A DNA stretch of 64,000 bases from a virus, in the IMG/VR virus record IMGVR_UViG_3300042923_000319, positions 8,677 to 72,676 of that record; one strand, 5' to 3'. The position numbers and the translations under genes were made by a program. The notes under the pieces were generated by a model. It had not been told where the DNA came from. It made no database searches and saw only the letters and a program-made list of their open reading frames with translations. Positions 62,299 to 64,000 of the stretch are shown here, one piece after another (position 1 is the stretch's first letter; each line of letters opens with the position of its first letter).

Positions 62299-62451
62299 TT
62301 ATCCTGGTTTGATATCGAATTCTTTCTTCAATATTACAGCAATCATATTACTGATTGTTCTTTGTTCATTTTTTGCTTTAATCTCTAATTCTTTATATAA
62401 ATCTGTTGGTAATGTTATAGAAAACCTTTTACTGTTTTGTGAAATAGTCAC
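62299..62451 (-). CDS. ribbon-helix-helix (Arc/CopG-like) regulator, absent from the ORF track
   Basis: MTISQNSKRFSITLPTDLYKELEIKAKNEQRTISNMIAVILKKEFDIKPG; RBS GAGGTG. Confidence 0.75.
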   Translation of the reverse strand: MTISQNSKRFSITLPTDLYKELEIKAKNEQRTISNMIAVILKKEFDIKPG

Positions 62452-62617
62452 TCGTCCTCACCTCTGTGTTTTAGTGTAACACCATTGTATCATAAATATT
62501 CACTCGTGTGTAAAAATATGATAAAAATATGATAAAAATATATTGACACAAATAATCCATAGTGTTATTATTGATTACAGGTGATGCACCTTAAATAACA
62601 CATAGGAGGAACAAAAA

Positions 62618-62845
62618 ATGGTAAGAGTAATTTTCAACGAACTAAACAATGGACAATCCGTGACAAGCAAGGAAATACTTCATGGACAAACAGTGGAGCT
62701 TCTCAAGCTAATCAAAGAGGTAGATGATGTTTATATTGAAGACAACCAATATAAATACAATGCTTCTTCATTAAAACTAGCGACTTACGCTAATGAGATT
62801 GATACACTGTCGGTCTACATGGAAGTACCAGAGGATGAACAATAA
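62618..62845 (+). CDS. hypothetical protein
   Basis: RBS AGGAGG; TTGACA promoter at ~62543. Confidence 0.65.
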   Translation: MVRVIFNELNNGQSVTSKEILHGQTVELLKLIKEVDDVYIEDNQYKYNASSLKLATYANEIDTLSVYMEVPEDEQ

Positions 62846-62856
62846 AAAATAAAGTG

Positions 62857-62886
62857 TTGACATTCGTATACAAATGAGTATACAAT
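62857..62886 (+). promoter_or_regulatory. promoter with embedded operator (62866-62883)
   Basis: TTGACA-ttc-GTATAC-aaatga-GTA-TACAAT; near-copy of the 6840 promoter. Confidence 0.82.
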
Positions 62887-62932
62887 AAAGGCACAGGGAC
62901 AACCTGAAATAAATTTAAAGGGAGACGAAAGA

Positions 62933-63721
62933 ATGGACAAGGGTAAACTGGAGATTAAAAAGGTAAATTTTATGGGTGATGAACTGGTGGCAATTCGGGA
63001 GAATGACAGTGGAAAGATTTATGCTGGAGTAAGATGGTTATGTGATGGATTGGCATTAACTGAGAATCAGAGAATTCATCAAACTACTAAGATTCACGGG
63101 GATAGGGTGTTATCTAAAGGGGTAAGGAAAATCTTACTCCCTACTAAAGGTGGAGAGCAAGAGGTTGTATGTTTGGAGTTAAAGATGGTCACTCTTTGGT
63201 TGGCTAAAATTAACGCTAATGTTGTTAAAGATATTGAAACACAAGAAAAACTTGTTGAATATCAATTGCACGCGGCTGATGTCCTGGCAGACGAATTCTT
63301 ACCGCATAATCTTATTCAACAAGCAACTAAAGATATTATAGCACAAATACCTAAATCTGTGTCAGAATTATTTAGAATGTTAGCAGATAAAACTGAAGAA
63401 AACGATGAACTCAAACCTAAAGCTCAAGCATTCGATAAATTCATTGAAGCAACCAATGTTCAAACATGGTTACAAGTAGCAAAAGTTTTAGGTACTGGCA
63501 GAACTCGTCTATGTAAATTACTAAGACAACAAGAAATACTTATGAGTGACAATGTTCCATATCAACAATACATTGATAGAGGATACTTTGTCACAAAGGA
63601 AATCACAGCATACGATGGAATTACAGCGTTCAACTATACACAAACATTAGTCACAGCGAAAGGCATTGATTTTATATTCAAGTTATTGAATGAAATCAAT
63701 GTTATAGCAAAAGCAAACTAA
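62933..63721 (+). CDS. antirepressor (P22 Ant N-terminal plus KilAC)
   Basis: VNFMGDELVA...LWLAKIN...YQLHAADVLA; KPKAQAFDKF...QTLVTAKG. Confidence 0.88.
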   Translation: MDKGKLEIKKVNFMGDELVAIRENDSGKIYAGVRWLCDGLALTENQRIHQTTKIHGDRVLSKGVRKILLPTKGGEQEVVCLELKMVTLWLAKINANVVKDIETQEKLVEYQLHAADVLADEFLPHNLIQQATKDIIAQIPKSVSELFRMLADKTEENDELKPKAQAFDKFIEATNVQTWLQVAKVLGTGRTRLCKLLRQQEILMSDNVPYQQYIDRGYFVTKEITAYDGITAFNYTQTLVTAKGIDFIFKLLNEINVIAKAN

Positions 63722-63826
63722 GGTAATCATGTGGGAAAATCCCGCTCGACAATAATTTTATATTGGTAATCTAAGGGGTGAAATAATTTTCACTCCTTTT
63801 TCTATGTCCAAAAACGGAGGTGAACC

Positions 63827-64000
63827 ATGGAAGATATATCAAAATACATCGGAATCCCGCATATATTCGCTGAATGGTCATTAGAAGGCTGTGATTGTGT
63901 TGGGTTAGTTCGAAGATTTTACGTTGATCATCATTGGAAGCCCGATTGTGATGATGGTGAATTTGCAGAGGATTGGTACATCACTGATCCACGGAAGATG
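63827..64000 (+). CDS. NlpC/P60-like tail-associated protein, truncated by the window edge
   Basis: KYIGIP...GCDCVGLVRRFY; RBS GGAGGTG. Confidence 0.75.
   Translation, partial: MEDISKYIGIPHIFAEWSLEGCDCVGLVRRFYVDHHWKPDCDDGEFAEDWYITDPRKM

Noticed and set aside
414-62883. 18-bp motif as a restriction/methylation target or parS centromere
   Set aside because: Fixed placement between -35 and -10 boxes and at gene junctions fits an operator; no ParA/ParB is in the window, though the rest of the genome is unseen

Overview
The window is a 64-kb stretch of a large, AT-rich, temperate siphovirus-like phage of a Firmicutes (Bacillota) host, inferred from GGAGG Shine-Dalgarno sites and sigmaA-type promoters. 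It is in the excised (attP-intact) configuration. From left to right it contains: a DnaE polymerase; a lysogeny module (two-HTH repressor, excisionase, attP carrying the 3' half of tRNA-Thr(CGT), tyrosine integrase, further HTH and antirepressor genes); a long rightward replication and nucleotide-metabolism arm (SSB, RlmN-like radical SAM, primase, DnaB helicase, Cas4-like nuclease, dNMP kinase, class II RNR, ThyX, dUTPase, two DNA methyltransferases, sigma-like factor, orphan HicB); a leftward block of small genes with a second Xer-like recombinase; a ~1.6-kb non-coding region with helically phased repeats and dif-like sites; and a late region (TerS candidate, candidate ncRNA, two tRNAs, HslV-like protease, TerL, portal, scaffold/protease, capsid, tail, frameshifted chaperone, tape measure, moron, start of an NlpC/P60 tail gene). 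The strongest hidden signal is an 18-bp site, GTNNAC-N6-GTNNAC with spacer usually RCATCR, which I found 15 times. It lies between the -35 and -10 of five promoters, one of which belongs to the two-HTH gene, and at many stop/RBS junctions, which suggests a stoperator-like network. Other notable observations are mini-proteins resembling terminase ATPase fragments, an RlmN homolog lacking the resolving cysteine, repeated ATA/ATT/ATC/CTG start codons, a primase TOPRIM motif split across a +1 frame junction, and a dispersed ~110-bp element family. All product calls come from motif recognition by eye, not from database searches.
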